Assembly (NCBI GenBank): GCA_016840165.1
Contig: JAEOSU010000037.1
Coordinates: forward strand, 20,100-84,099
Source of the DNA: Promethearchaeota archaeon
GTDB lineage: Archaea > Asgardarchaeota > Lokiarchaeia > Sigyniarchaeales > SOKP01
Direction of reading: 5' to 3'
DNA: 64,000 nt
In this document: piece after piece, positions 49,754 through 60,043 of the stretch
Numbering within the stretch: position 1 is the first letter of the stretch
Layout of the letters: each line of letters opens with the position of its first letter
The notes under the pieces: model-generated
What the model was told of the DNA's origin: nothing
Database searches by the model: none
What the model saw: only the letters and a program-made list of their open reading frames with translations
Program-made: the position numbers and the translations under genes

Positions 49754-50884
49754 TTGGAAAAGGCGATTGAATTGAAAAGTAATGAAGATTTTGAAGAGAA
49801 AAGTAATTTAGGGTTATTAACAGAGAAAGAAGTTTATGAAATCCCTTCAGCCTTACATAATGTATTAGATCAAAAAGATTTTCTAAGAGATATAGCAAAA
49901 AAACTTATAGAACAAAAGATCCATCACTTATTTTTAATTGGTGCGGGAAGTTCCTATCATGCGGGATTCGCAATTTCTTATATGTTCAATAGAATAACTA
50001 AAATACCAACTTTTACGGAATTTTCGATGGAATTCCAGTATCTTATCCAACCAATTCTACAAAAAGACGATTGTGTCATTGGAATTTCTCAAAGCGGAGA
50101 GACTAAAGATACTATAGAATCACTGAAACTAGCAAAAGAGAAGGGATGCATTACTATCGGAATAACAAATAATTCAAACTCGAATTTAGCTAAAGTTAGT
50201 GATTATACCTTGGAGTTGAAATGTGGAAAGGAAAAATCGGTTTTAGCTACAAAAACATATCTTGCTGAATTAGCGGTGCTAGTTATATTATCCCTTGAGC
50301 TTGGAAGAGCAAATAAGGCAGTATCCAATGAGGAATATAATAGAATATGGGTGGAATTAATTAGAATCCCAGATAAAATTCATTCAATTTTACCAAATTT
50401 GCATAAAAAAATTAAAGAAAGGTCTTCATTTTTTAAATCAACTAAATTTTGCTTCATCATAGGAAGTGGCCCTGATTATGCGACAGCAATGGAAGCAGCA
50501 TTAAAATTAAAAGAGGGAGCACGTATTTTTGGGCAAGCTTATTCTACGGCAGAGTTCCCTCATGGGCCTATAACACTTGCAGATGCTGACACATGCATAT
50601 TAGCAATAATTCCCCATGAAGAGGACAAAAGAAAAAAGCATCTAATCAATTTATTAGATAGAATTAAAGAGAGGGGCGCAAAGATTTTAGCTATATATGA
50701 GTCAGAAGATCCAAAATCTTTCCCAGAGTCTTCTGATTATGTTATAGAAGTTCCTAATACCTATATTGATTTACAACCTCTAGTTATGATTATTGCAATA
50801 CAGTTATTAACTATAGAAATCGCACGGATAAATGGTTTAAACCCTGACACACCAAAATTTTTAACAAAAGTTTCGAATCTTTAA
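49754..50884 (+). CDS. SIS-domain sugar-phosphate isomerase/deaminase (GlmS C-terminal-like)
   Basis: GAGSSYHA, ISQSGET, SVLATKTY, EAALKLKE, EFPHGP, PDTPKFLTKV; no glutaminase domain. Confidence 0.88.
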   Translation: MEKAIELKSNEDFEEKSNLGLLTEKEVYEIPSALHNVLDQKDFLRDIAKKLIEQKIHHLFLIGAGSSYHAGFAISYMFNRITKIPTFTEFSMEFQYLIQPILQKDDCVIGISQSGETKDTIESLKLAKEKGCITIGITNNSNSNLAKVSDYTLELKCGKEKSVLATKTYLAELAVLVILSLELGRANKAVSNEEYNRIWVELIRIPDKIHSILPNLHKKIKERSSFFKSTKFCFIIGSGPDYATAMEAALKLKEGARIFGQAYSTAEFPHGPITLADADTCILAIIPHEEDKRKKHLINLLDRIKERGAKILAIYESEDPKSFPESSDYVIEVPNTYIDLQPLVMIIAIQLLTIEIARINGLNPDTPKFLTKVSNL

Positions 50885-50904
50885 GACTATAGAATTAAAA
50901 TTTA

Positions 50905-52335
50905 TTAAGAATGAATTAAATTAAGAGCCAACATTTTTTCTTTCGCAAGGTTATTTAGAGTAATAGTTGTCTCTAAATCTTTATTGGATTCACCAGAGAT
51001 CCTTAAGTAAGGACTTGTACCCGAACGCCTAATCAAGATCCAACCCCCATCATAATCCAAGCGACATCCATCTAATTGATTTATTTGTTTAATATCCTTA
51101 CCAAGATTCTCAAAAACTTCCTTCATCGCTGTAATTATGTTATTGTTAATTTTCTTGTCAAAGGGAATATCTTTTTTTAATTTAAATTTCTCAGCATGAT
51201 ATGGATAAATGGGAATATCTTCTAACAACTCTCTTAGACTTTTTCCCGATGATATGATCATTTGTAATACTTTTGCTATTGTGATTATAGAATCAGGGCC
51301 GTAATGAAAGCGAGGCCATATATATGTTCCAGATGTTTCACCTCCTAAAAACCCTCCCTGATTTTTTAAGGCGATAGCGACTTTGATATCACCAACTTCG
51401 GTTCTAAGAACTTCGCACCCTAAAGGATTTAGTACATCTTCCAATAAGCTAGAGGAATTAATTGGAGTCGAAATTTTCATATCTTTAGGATTAATCTTAT
51501 TTTTATTTTCCTCTATATAACGTTTTGCCATAAGGGCTAAAAGTCTAATTGGATCGACTCTCTCGCCATTTTCATCTAAGAAAATTACTCGATCTGCATC
51601 CCCATCAAGAGCAATACCAATGTCCTCTTGAGGAGATATTCTTAGAAAGTTAGAAATTTGTTCTAAGTTTTCCTTACTTGGCTCAGAAGCTCGACCTGGG
51701 AATCTACCATCCATTTGAGCATTGATGGTAACAATATTAATATTGTATTTTGCCAATAATTTCGGAACAATTTCACAACCAGAACCATTTCCAGGATCAA
51801 CGATAATATTTAATTTACTACCATCAAAGATAATTCGATTTGTAATGTCTAAAATATGAATATCATTAATATCATTTACTTGAGTAACCTTTCCAATCTC
51901 ATACCACTGAGTTTTAGAATATGCTTTTTCATTAAATATTCTCTCAATCTCCTCTTCTTGTTCAGGAGAAAACCCAAGCCCAGAAGGATTCCATAATTTC
52001 AAACCTATATACTCAGGCGTGTTGTGGGATGCCGTTATCATAACAGAAGCATCAGCATTTAGATATCTAGAAGACATCGCTAGTGTTGGTGTGGTTACGA
52101 TCCCTAAGTTCTTCACTGTACATCCAGTACTCACTAATCCCGAAACCAGCGCATACTCTATGGGTAATGCAGAAGTGCGTATATCAATTCCAATAACAAC
52201 GGTGCCTCCTTCTAAGTATGTACCTAAAGCTAATCCAACTTCTAAAGCCATTTGAGGGGTAAACATTAAATCTGACTCAGAATAGTTTTGAAATACGCGT
52301 CTTATACCAGAAGTTCCAAAAATATTGCTTGTCAT
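50905..52335 (-). CDS. glmM: Phosphoglucosamine mutase (archaeal phosphohexomutase)
   Basis: FGTSGIR, MITASHNT, DGDADR, GGETSG, RRSGTSP; next to glmS. Confidence 0.82.
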   Translation of the reverse strand: MTSNIFGTSGIRRVFQNYSESDLMFTPQMALEVGLALGTYLEGGTVVIGIDIRTSALPIEYALVSGLVSTGCTVKNLGIVTTPTLAMSSRYLNADASVMITASHNTPEYIGLKLWNPSGLGFSPEQEEEIERIFNEKAYSKTQWYEIGKVTQVNDINDIHILDITNRIIFDGSKLNIIVDPGNGSGCEIVPKLLAKYNINIVTINAQMDGRFPGRASEPSKENLEQISNFLRISPQEDIGIALDGDADRVIFLDENGERVDPIRLLALMAKRYIEENKNKINPKDMKISTPINSSSLLEDVLNPLGCEVLRTEVGDIKVAIALKNQGGFLGGETSGTYIWPRFHYGPDSIITIAKVLQMIISSGKSLRELLEDIPIYPYHAEKFKLKKDIPFDKKINNNIITAMKEVFENLGKDIKQINQLDGCRLDYDGGWILIRRSGTSPYLRISGESNKDLETTITLNNLAKEKMLALNLIHS

Positions 52336-52523
52336 TTTAATTTTTCAATGTATTAATTTTTGTTGTTGTGGTTATGAGTTTTTATAATGTTGTGTATGGA
52401 GAATAGAATAAACCATTCATATTAAATTTAATTTTAGAAATTTTAATTTAATCTTAATCATTTTATTAGATATTATTGATTATCATAAGGCTGAAAATAT
52501 TGAATATAGATAATTTTAAAGTA

Positions 52524-53978
52524 ATGTATAATGAGAATCGTGTTAAAATTCACGATAAACAAAAAATTGAGAATAGTTTACGGGAGATTCTAGGTGATGG
52601 AAATTTTTCCTCTAAAGCGATTGATTTAATGGCTTATTCTAAAGATGCGACATTATTATCAATGAACTGGACGATCGAGGGAAAATTAGCCGCACTTCCT
52701 GATTATATCACTTGGCCAGAAAATTCTTCTCAAATTTCTCAGATTTTAAAGCTTGCTAATAAAGAAAAAGTCCCTATCATCCCTTACGCTGAAGGTTCTT
52801 CGGTTGTTGGTGGTTCAGTGCCGATTAATGGAGGAATTATCATTGATATGAAAAAGTTTAACAACATTTTAAAGATTAATGATGAGAACCTTACGGTCAC
52901 TGTAGAAGCTGGAATAAATGGTATGAACTTAGAACGTTATTTAAATGCAAAGGGATATACTTCCGGTCATATTCCTCAATCATTATACACCTCATCCTTA
53001 GGGGGATGGTTAGGTCATAAAGCGGCGGGACAATTTTCAACCAAATACGGGAAAATTGAAGATATAGTCCTTGGATTTGAAGTAATTTTACCAAATGGCG
53101 AAATATTAGACTTTCACCCCATTCCAAGGAATTCAACCGGTCCACAATTTGACAAATTGTTTATTGGAGCTGAAGGTACTTTAGGAATCATTACCAAAGC
53201 AACTTTAAAGATTTGGCCCAAGCCAGAGAAACGGGCATTAATCTCTTATTCTTTTCCGAACATCGAAGATTCCTTTGCCGCAACAAGAACTATATTACGA
53301 GAACATATCTTTCCTGCGGTTATTCGAATTTATGATCATTCAGAAACCGAAAGACATTTTGAACATATTGATAAAGCTAAGGATCGAGTTATGGTTGTAT
53401 TTGTTTGCGAGGGAAATTCCAAATTAGTTGACTTAGAGGAAAAAATTACAAGAGAAAAATGCGAGGAGCATAATGGTATTGATTGCGGAAAAACACCGGT
53501 AGAGCATTGGTTTGAAACCAGATTCCGGGTTACTGAGACCTCTTCGATGCCACCTTATAAAATTGTGTTTGATACAATAGAGGTTGCAGCATCATGGGAC
53601 AATGCAGCTATTATATACCATAATGTATTAAAAAATATGGATACTGTAAAGGGAATACTTATGATCACTGCCCATGTTTCCCACTTTTACCCGAATGGAG
53701 TAGGAATTTACTTTTCATGGGGAGGAGTCCCCCCCAGAGAGATGAATGAATTCGAATTTTATAAGAAAGGTTGGGATACCGTCATTAAGGCTGTAATTGA
53801 GGCTGGCGGTTCTATAGCCCACCACCATGGAATTGGTATTAATCGTGCTCATTGGATGAAAAAAGAATGGGGTGACGCTATGAAATATTTATCAAAAGTC
53901 AAGGAATTACTTGACCCAAACAATATATTAAATCCAGGAAAATTATATACTGCCATTTGGCAGAGAGGTAATCCATAA
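52524..53978 (+). CDS. FAD-linked oxidoreductase, alkyl-dihydroxyacetonephosphate synthase-like
   Basis: GHIPQS...SLGGW...AAGQFSTKYGKIED, GAEGTLGIIT, HVSHFYPNG, HHHGIG, DPNNILNPGK; ATG 52524 preferred over TTG 52476. Confidence 0.85.
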   Translation: MYNENRVKIHDKQKIENSLREILGDGNFSSKAIDLMAYSKDATLLSMNWTIEGKLAALPDYITWPENSSQISQILKLANKEKVPIIPYAEGSSVVGGSVPINGGIIIDMKKFNNILKINDENLTVTVEAGINGMNLERYLNAKGYTSGHIPQSLYTSSLGGWLGHKAAGQFSTKYGKIEDIVLGFEVILPNGEILDFHPIPRNSTGPQFDKLFIGAEGTLGIITKATLKIWPKPEKRALISYSFPNIEDSFAATRTILREHIFPAVIRIYDHSETERHFEHIDKAKDRVMVVFVCEGNSKLVDLEEKITREKCEEHNGIDCGKTPVEHWFETRFRVTETSSMPPYKIVFDTIEVAASWDNAAIIYHNVLKNMDTVKGILMITAHVSHFYPNGVGIYFSWGGVPPREMNEFEFYKKGWDTVIKAVIEAGGSIAHHHGIGINRAHWMKKEWGDAMKYLSKVKELLDPNNILNPGKLYTAIWQRGNP

Positions 53979-55250
53979 ATGGGTGTCTTTGAAACATTAA
54001 AAAAATATAAATGGATGCTTCCACTTATTAATAAGGCGGATAGGGAAACAAAATCCATTTTGATGAAAAACTTTCGAAAAAAGAAAGCTAATTTTTACCC
54101 TAAAAAAGAACTTAAAGCTAATATAGATGATCTTATAAAATGTATGTTATGCCCAAATATGTGTAGATTCGATTGCGGTACGCTTCAAGCAAGTAACACA
54201 GAAACTATGAGTCCTGCATACAAGGCAAGAATCGGATATTATCTTTCAATAGGTAAAATTGATCCTACTTTAGCAGAAAACAAAGAATTCATCGATTTAA
54301 TGTACAAGTGTACAAATGAGGAGAATTGTAAAGTCTGGTGCCCATTTGATTTTTCGGTGGTTTCCTTATTAGAGACCGTCAGAGATGACTTAAATGAAAA
54401 TGGATTAATGCCAGAGTACTGTAAGAAGCAAATTGAGAAGATTAAAAGTACGGGGACAATTGAAGATTATAATATCTTTAAAACTTATGAGGAAAAGGAA
54501 ATCGATAATATCGAAACTGATGGAAAAGATGAGGTCTTTTATTATATTGGATGCGAAACCATGAAGTTTCCCGCTGTAGTTAATGCTAATATTGAACTTT
54601 TAAAAAAAGCTAAGGTAAAATTTTCAACAAATCTTGATCAACGAGTATGTTGTGGAGCTCCGGTGCTAAATATAAGAGACATGAATTTGGCAAAAGAACT
54701 TGCTCAGAAAAATATCGAATTGATTAATAAAACTGGAGCTAAAGTTTTAATTTCTGACTGTCCAGGCTGTGTTTTAAGTTTAACTAAGAGATATGAATCT
54801 ATTGGCATTAAAACAGAGACAAAAGTAATTCATATCGCTGAATTTCTTAAGGATTTAATAGAGAAAGATAAATTAAAACCAAGGACTATAAATGAAGATT
54901 TAAATAAAGTAACCATTCATGATCCATGCCTTCTTGCGCGAAATCTTCACAATACGAGCACAATAAGAGCGGTACTTAAATCAATTCCAAATCTCGAGAT
55001 TGTTGAACCTATTTATAACAAGGAAGATACTCATTGCTGTGGTTGGAGCGGTACCGCTCATTGGGCGGATAAAAATCTAGCTATTCAAGAAGCTACAAAT
55101 AGGATTAAAGAGTTAATGGAAACTAATGCGAAAAATATCATATCAGCATGTCCATTATGTGAATTAGGACTAAATTATGGAATCAAAAATAAAGATAAAG
55201 AAAAGATTAAAATATATGATGTATCTGAATTATTAATTAAAAGTCTTTAA
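53979..55250 (+). CDS. Fe-S protein with two CCG domains (GlpC/HdrD/GlcF-like)
   Basis: CMLCPNMCRFDC, CT...NC..WCP, CCG...CPGC, HDPC...CCG...ACPLC. Confidence 0.88.
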   Translation: MGVFETLKKYKWMLPLINKADRETKSILMKNFRKKKANFYPKKELKANIDDLIKCMLCPNMCRFDCGTLQASNTETMSPAYKARIGYYLSIGKIDPTLAENKEFIDLMYKCTNEENCKVWCPFDFSVVSLLETVRDDLNENGLMPEYCKKQIEKIKSTGTIEDYNIFKTYEEKEIDNIETDGKDEVFYYIGCETMKFPAVVNANIELLKKAKVKFSTNLDQRVCCGAPVLNIRDMNLAKELAQKNIELINKTGAKVLISDCPGCVLSLTKRYESIGIKTETKVIHIAEFLKDLIEKDKLKPRTINEDLNKVTIHDPCLLARNLHNTSTIRAVLKSIPNLEIVEPIYNKEDTHCCGWSGTAHWADKNLAIQEATNRIKELMETNAKNIISACPLCELGLNYGIKNKDKEKIKIYDVSELLIKSL

Positions 55251-55261
55251 GATGTGATTAT

Positions 55262-56722
55262 ATGAGTGATTTGATTTGTGTATTTGATGTTGGAACAACA
55301 GGAGCGAGAACAATAATATTTGATAGTGAAGGTAGAGAAATTGCACATGCTTATGAAGAATATCCCGTTGCGAAACAACCCGTTGGAATATCGGAACAAG
55401 ATCCTGCAATCTGGTGGAATGCAATTAAGAACACATGTAATTATGTTTCTCAAAAAGTCAATGTTAACGATATTGTTGGTATTTGTGCAGCTTTTTTACG
55501 CCAAACAGTAACAATTCTAGATGATAAAGGAACTCCTTTACACCCTGCTTTAACATGGATGGATGAAAGAGAAGAATCAAGTGCTAAAGATTGGGTAAAT
55601 GAAGAAGGTGCTTTTAGGAGAGTCATGCCAAAGCTTTTATGGTTGAAAAAAAATAAATCTGAAGTTTTCGAGAAAGCATCGAAAATTGCTTTTGTTGATA
55701 CTTACCTTATGAATAAATTATGTGAAAGAGCCGTAACTGATCCTACTAATGGATATTGGGGAATTCTTAATTTACAAACACTAAAATGGGATGAAAGATT
55801 AGCTGAAGCTTATGAAATTCCTTTAGATTTATGGCCCGAAGTAATATTTCCCGGAGAAGTTATTGGTGAGCTCATCAGTAATACTGCTAAAGAATTAGGA
55901 TTACCACCTAATATTCCTGTGATAATGGGGACCGGAGATCAACAATGTGCTGCTTTAGGGTTAGGTGTCATTGAAACAGGTCAAGCAAAGATCACTATTG
56001 GTACTGGAACATTTGTTGATTATGTTGTTGATAAACCAATTATGCCCACCGGGAACATTCCTATATTTTCTATACCGTCACCAATCAAAGGAAAATGGAA
56101 TCTTGAAGGTGCAGTGCCTGGAACTGGAACAGCTATGAAATGGTTTAAAGATAATTTCTCTCAACTTCAAATAAAAGAAAGTATTGAGAAAAATGTAAAT
56201 GTTTATGATATGTTGACAGAAGAAGCGTCGAGTATCAAGCCTGGAAGTGAGGGTTTGCTTTTTATACCTTTATATATGTTTAGAAAAGGAGCAATTCATG
56301 GTCTTGGATGGAATCATACTAGGGCACATATGATTCGAGCTATTATGGAGTCTGCTGCTCTAAGTGCTCAGGTGTATCTCCAAATGTTGGAGGCTATGGG
56401 AGGCTATAAAGCCTCAGAAGTAAAAGTCGATGGAGGGGCCGTGAACAGTCATTTATGGGCGCAAATTGTCGCAGATGTAACAGCAAGAAAAATTTTGATA
56501 CCTGAAATAAAAGATGGTGCGGCAATGGGGGCTGCAATTTTAGGGTTTTATGGCACTAAGAAATATGAAAGTTTTGAGAAGGCTATTAATAACATGGTAA
56601 GATTTACTGATGTTAAGGAGCCTATCAAAGAGAGTGCTAAGATTTATAAAAAATTGAATAGGATTTTTATGCCAGCCCTATTAGATCTCTATGAGAAAAA
56701 GAGAATAACAAAAGATTTATAA
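55262..56722 (+). CDS. FGGY-family carbohydrate kinase (xylulose/glycerol kinase-like)
   Basis: FDVGTTGAR, EQDP..WW, WMDER, GTGDQQCAALG, IGTG, RAIMES, DGG. Confidence 0.92.
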   Translation: MSDLICVFDVGTTGARTIIFDSEGREIAHAYEEYPVAKQPVGISEQDPAIWWNAIKNTCNYVSQKVNVNDIVGICAAFLRQTVTILDDKGTPLHPALTWMDEREESSAKDWVNEEGAFRRVMPKLLWLKKNKSEVFEKASKIAFVDTYLMNKLCERAVTDPTNGYWGILNLQTLKWDERLAEAYEIPLDLWPEVIFPGEVIGELISNTAKELGLPPNIPVIMGTGDQQCAALGLGVIETGQAKITIGTGTFVDYVVDKPIMPTGNIPIFSIPSPIKGKWNLEGAVPGTGTAMKWFKDNFSQLQIKESIEKNVNVYDMLTEEASSIKPGSEGLLFIPLYMFRKGAIHGLGWNHTRAHMIRAIMESAALSAQVYLQMLEAMGGYKASEVKVDGGAVNSHLWAQIVADVTARKILIPEIKDGAAMGAAILGFYGTKKYESFEKAINNMVRFTDVKEPIKESAKIYKKLNRIFMPALLDLYEKKRITKDL

Positions 56723-57076
56723 TTTCTTTTTAAATATTATTTTTTTATCATTTTAGCATAATTAAAGAAAAATTCATTAAGCAATTTAGAGTATATTTTG
56801 AACCTATCTTTCAAAATCGTTTCATTTCTGAATAAGATACTTTAAAGAACTTAATTTTTTCATTCACATCATTTCTTATTTCTAACATATCTGTCTATTT
56901 TATTTAAAAAAAGTAATCGATTTTGAAAAAAATTCTATAAATATAAAACCCAATCTCATAAATTGGGAAAAACAAGCATGATTATTCATTATTTTGAATG
57001 ATTTTTCAATTTAGAAAAGTATTTTTTGAATCTAAAATTTTCAATATCAATATTTTAAATAAGATGTTATAACATT

Positions 57077-57910
57077 ATGCCCTTCTTCAAAAATCAAGAG
57101 GGATACAATCTATATTACGAAGATATTAATGGGGAAACAAAAGAAAAAACCGAAGGAACTATAATACTCCTTCATGGTTTTGCTTCTTCAGCTTCTTTTT
57201 TCAAAGGGCAAATTAAAATATTAAGAAAATTTTATCGTATCATTGCTTTTGATGCTCTAGGGCATGGAAAAAGTGATATTTCAAAAAGCTTAAATTTATC
57301 TAAAAATTTACGCCATGATATTATCCGGGATTTAGAAGATCTTTTACTCTATTTAGGAGTGACAGAAAAATATGGCATTATTGGACATTCATTAGTAGGG
57401 GGTATGATAGCTCAATTATATTGCTCAAAACATCCAGAAGAGATTAAATTTCTTATCCTTCTTAATTCAGGATATATCATGATTGATAATGTAATCCGAA
57501 ATATCTTTTACAACTTGCTTCCTTACTTTATACGGATGAACTTTTTAGAGGTGGTTGCAAATTCTGTTGAAGATATTTTAGATAAAGTTATTCCTTATAT
57601 TCTAACTTCGATTGCAGAGACTATAAACGGCATGAAATTAAGCAGAGATGAGATTTTAATGCTAATCGAAGATCAAATTTTTGGGATGATCACCGAAATT
57701 AAAGAATATGATCCTTCAAATATTCAATGTCCCACACTGATTATCGGGGGGCGATTAGATAATTTTGCCCCAGAGCAAATGTCAGAAGAACTGAATAAAA
57801 AAATTCCTAACTCACGGTTAGAGATACTTGATATGGCTGGTCATTTCGCACCTGCTCAACGTCAAGATGAAATTAATCACTTAATATGTGAATTTATTAA
57901 TAGTCTTTAG
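57077..57910 (+). CDS. Alpha/beta-fold hydrolase
   Basis: LLHGF, FDALGHGKS, GHSLVGG, PTLIIGGRLD, AGH. Confidence 0.9.
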   Translation: MPFFKNQEGYNLYYEDINGETKEKTEGTIILLHGFASSASFFKGQIKILRKFYRIIAFDALGHGKSDISKSLNLSKNLRHDIIRDLEDLLLYLGVTEKYGIIGHSLVGGMIAQLYCSKHPEEIKFLILLNSGYIMIDNVIRNIFYNLLPYFIRMNFLEVVANSVEDILDKVIPYILTSIAETINGMKLSRDEILMLIEDQIFGMITEIKEYDPSNIQCPTLIIGGRLDNFAPEQMSEELNKKIPNSRLEILDMAGHFAPAQRQDEINHLICEFINSL

Positions 57911-57951
57911 TAAGATAATATTACTATTATGGAATCAAAATACCAATTGAA

Positions 57952-58320
57952 GTGAGTATTATTTTAAGCGATAAACACACTACACTTTCATTTTTCAAGG
58001 ATGAAGTTGCAGAATTTGTACAAAACCGGGATTGGGGGAAATATCATACACCAAAAAACCTGATTCAAGCTCTACAAATTGAAGCTTCTGAATTATCAGA
58101 AATATTTTTATTCAAAGACTATTCACTCGAACAGATCCTCGATAATAGTGAATTATTAAAAGATATTTCAGATGAATTAGCAGATGTATTTATCTATCTA
58201 ATTAGTTTAATAAACCTATTTGGAATCGATTTAACAGAAACCTTTTCCAATAAAATGAAAAAAAATAGTGCTAAATATCCGATTAAAGAATTTAATAATG
58301 GAATTTATTATAAGAAATAG
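57952..58320 (+). CDS. MazG-like all-alpha NTP pyrophosphohydrolase (dCTPase/DCTPP1-like)
   Basis: RDWGKYHTPKNL...EASELSEIF, DELADVFIY, KM.KN..KYP. Confidence 0.9.
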   Translation: MSIILSDKHTTLSFFKDEVAEFVQNRDWGKYHTPKNLIQALQIEASELSEIFLFKDYSLEQILDNSELLKDISDELADVFIYLISLINLFGIDLTETFSNKMKKNSAKYPIKEFNNGIYYKK

Positions 58321-58412
58321 ATTATATCTTTTTACTCCCTTTTTTTGATGTAATAATTCCTCAATAAATTATAGATGAAGTATTTTAATGGCATTAAATC
58401 TAAAGATCTATC

Positions 58413-59390
58413 ATGGTCAAGGATAATATTGAAACAATTATTAAAGAACAGTTGGGAAAAACCTTAAATGGAACCAATTTTACCTCGCTAGGCGAGTTGT
58501 ATACAGGAAAAGTACGAGATAATTATATAAAAAAAGATATTCGTATAATTATCGCGACGGATCGTCTCTCTGCGTTTGATCGAGTAATTACTACTATTCC
58601 ATTTAAAGGGGAATTACTTAATCGAGTTTCTTCTTTTTGGTTTGAAAAGACAAAGGATTTAGTTAAGAATCATGTCATTGAGATTCCAGATCCAAATGTA
58701 GCAGTAGTCCATCAGTGTGAGATGATTCCTATTGAAATGATTGTTCGAGCATATATTACTGGTTCAGCATGGCGTAATTATACAAAAGGTGTGCCGACAT
58801 CTGGAATAGAGTTACCCTCAGGATTGCGAAAGAATCAAAAGTTAGATGGAGTGTTATTAACACCATCAACAAAAGCAGAAACAGGTCATGATATCTATAT
58901 TTCTCGAGAACAAATCCTTAAAGAAAAGATGGTTGATAAAGAAATTTATGAACAAATAGAAGATGCTGCATTAAAATTGTTTGAATTTGGTCAAAGGTAT
59001 TGCAGAAAAAATGGTTTAATTTTAGTAGATACTAAATATGAATTTGGAATGAAGAATGGGGAATTGATGGTAATTGATGAGATTCACACCCAAGATTCTT
59101 CTCGATTTTGGATTCTTGATTCTTATGAGGAAAGATTTGAACGTAATGATGAGCCAGAGATTTTAGATAAGGAAATATTTAGAGGATGGTTAATGGATAC
59201 CTATCCCGATATTTTTCCTAACATTAAACCCAATCAAGAAATCCCTCCAATTAGTAATGGTATTAAGATAGAATTAGCAAAGCGATATATGAAGAGTTAT
59301 GAGAAAATTACAGGATTAGAATTCGAAGCTACTGTTGCTAATGTGCAACAGAGAATTTATAATAATTTAAAGAAAGCAAATTACATATAG
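58413..59390 (+). CDS. purC: SAICAR synthase (long Ade1-like form)
   Basis: GKVRDNY, ATDRLSAFD, EMIVRAYITGS, TPSTKA, LVDTKYEFG, DEIHT.DSSRFW, DKE.FR.W. Confidence 0.95.
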   Translation: MVKDNIETIIKEQLGKTLNGTNFTSLGELYTGKVRDNYIKKDIRIIIATDRLSAFDRVITTIPFKGELLNRVSSFWFEKTKDLVKNHVIEIPDPNVAVVHQCEMIPIEMIVRAYITGSAWRNYTKGVPTSGIELPSGLRKNQKLDGVLLTPSTKAETGHDIYISREQILKEKMVDKEIYEQIEDAALKLFEFGQRYCRKNGLILVDTKYEFGMKNGELMVIDEIHTQDSSRFWILDSYEERFERNDEPEILDKEIFRGWLMDTYPDIFPNIKPNQEIPPISNGIKIELAKRYMKSYEKITGLEFEATVANVQQRIYNNLKKANYI

Positions 59391-59437
59391 AAAATAAGAA
59401 AAATTATATAAAAGAATAAATAGTATTTTTTTGTATT

Positions 59438-59644
59438 ATGATTGATTTTATTCTTCTCATTGGAGCTTTGGTTTTATTTATTAGTAGTTTTGTTTTATTA
59501 ATGAAAGACCTTTTATTAAAAAATAGCCTTCAAAATCAAAGTTCAGAGGGAAAGTTAACTAAATATAGTGGGTATTGTCTTGGATCTTCACTGTTGGCTC
59601 TTATGCTCATGATTTTTGTAAGCTTTGGCTATATTTATAGATAA
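59438..59644 (+). CDS. Small two-TM membrane protein
   Basis: 68-aa ORF with two hydrophobic helices, filling the purC-purS gap. Confidence 0.5.
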   Translation: MIDFILLIGALVLFISSFVLLMKDLLLKNSLQNQSSEGKLTKYSGYCLGSSLLALMLMIFVSFGYIYR

Positions 59645-59773
59645 TGAGCTATATTGAATATCAATAAAGCATTTTCTTTTAAAGAAACGATTTTTTGTCG
59701 TATTTCGTGAATCTAAATTATTTATTAATTAATAAGCATTAATATAATTATAACACACTTTTTTCTTTTAAAG

Positions 59774-60043
59774 ATGGATCAATTAGAATTTATAATAGAA
59801 GTTTCACTCGAGAACAAACCTGCTGCTCGTGATCCAGTTGCTGAAACCATAAAAAGGGATTTAATCGCTAAAAAAGGTTATAATATGGTTTCAAATGTAA
59901 GATCAGGTCAATACTTAAGAATAAATATCTTAGCTGAGAATGAAACCCAAGCTAAGGAGATTGTAACCAAGATGTGTAACGATCTTAGGATATTTAATCC
60001 TGTAACTCAGAATTTAACCGTTCTTAATGTGAAAAAATTATGA
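59774..60043 (+). CDS. purS: FGAM synthase subunit PurS
   Basis: KPAARDP.AETI, VRSG, NPV; overlaps purQ. Confidence 0.9.
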   Translation: MDQLEFIIEVSLENKPAARDPVAETIKRDLIAKKGYNMVSNVRSGQYLRINILAENETQAKEIVTKMCNDLRIFNPVTQNLTVLNVKKL

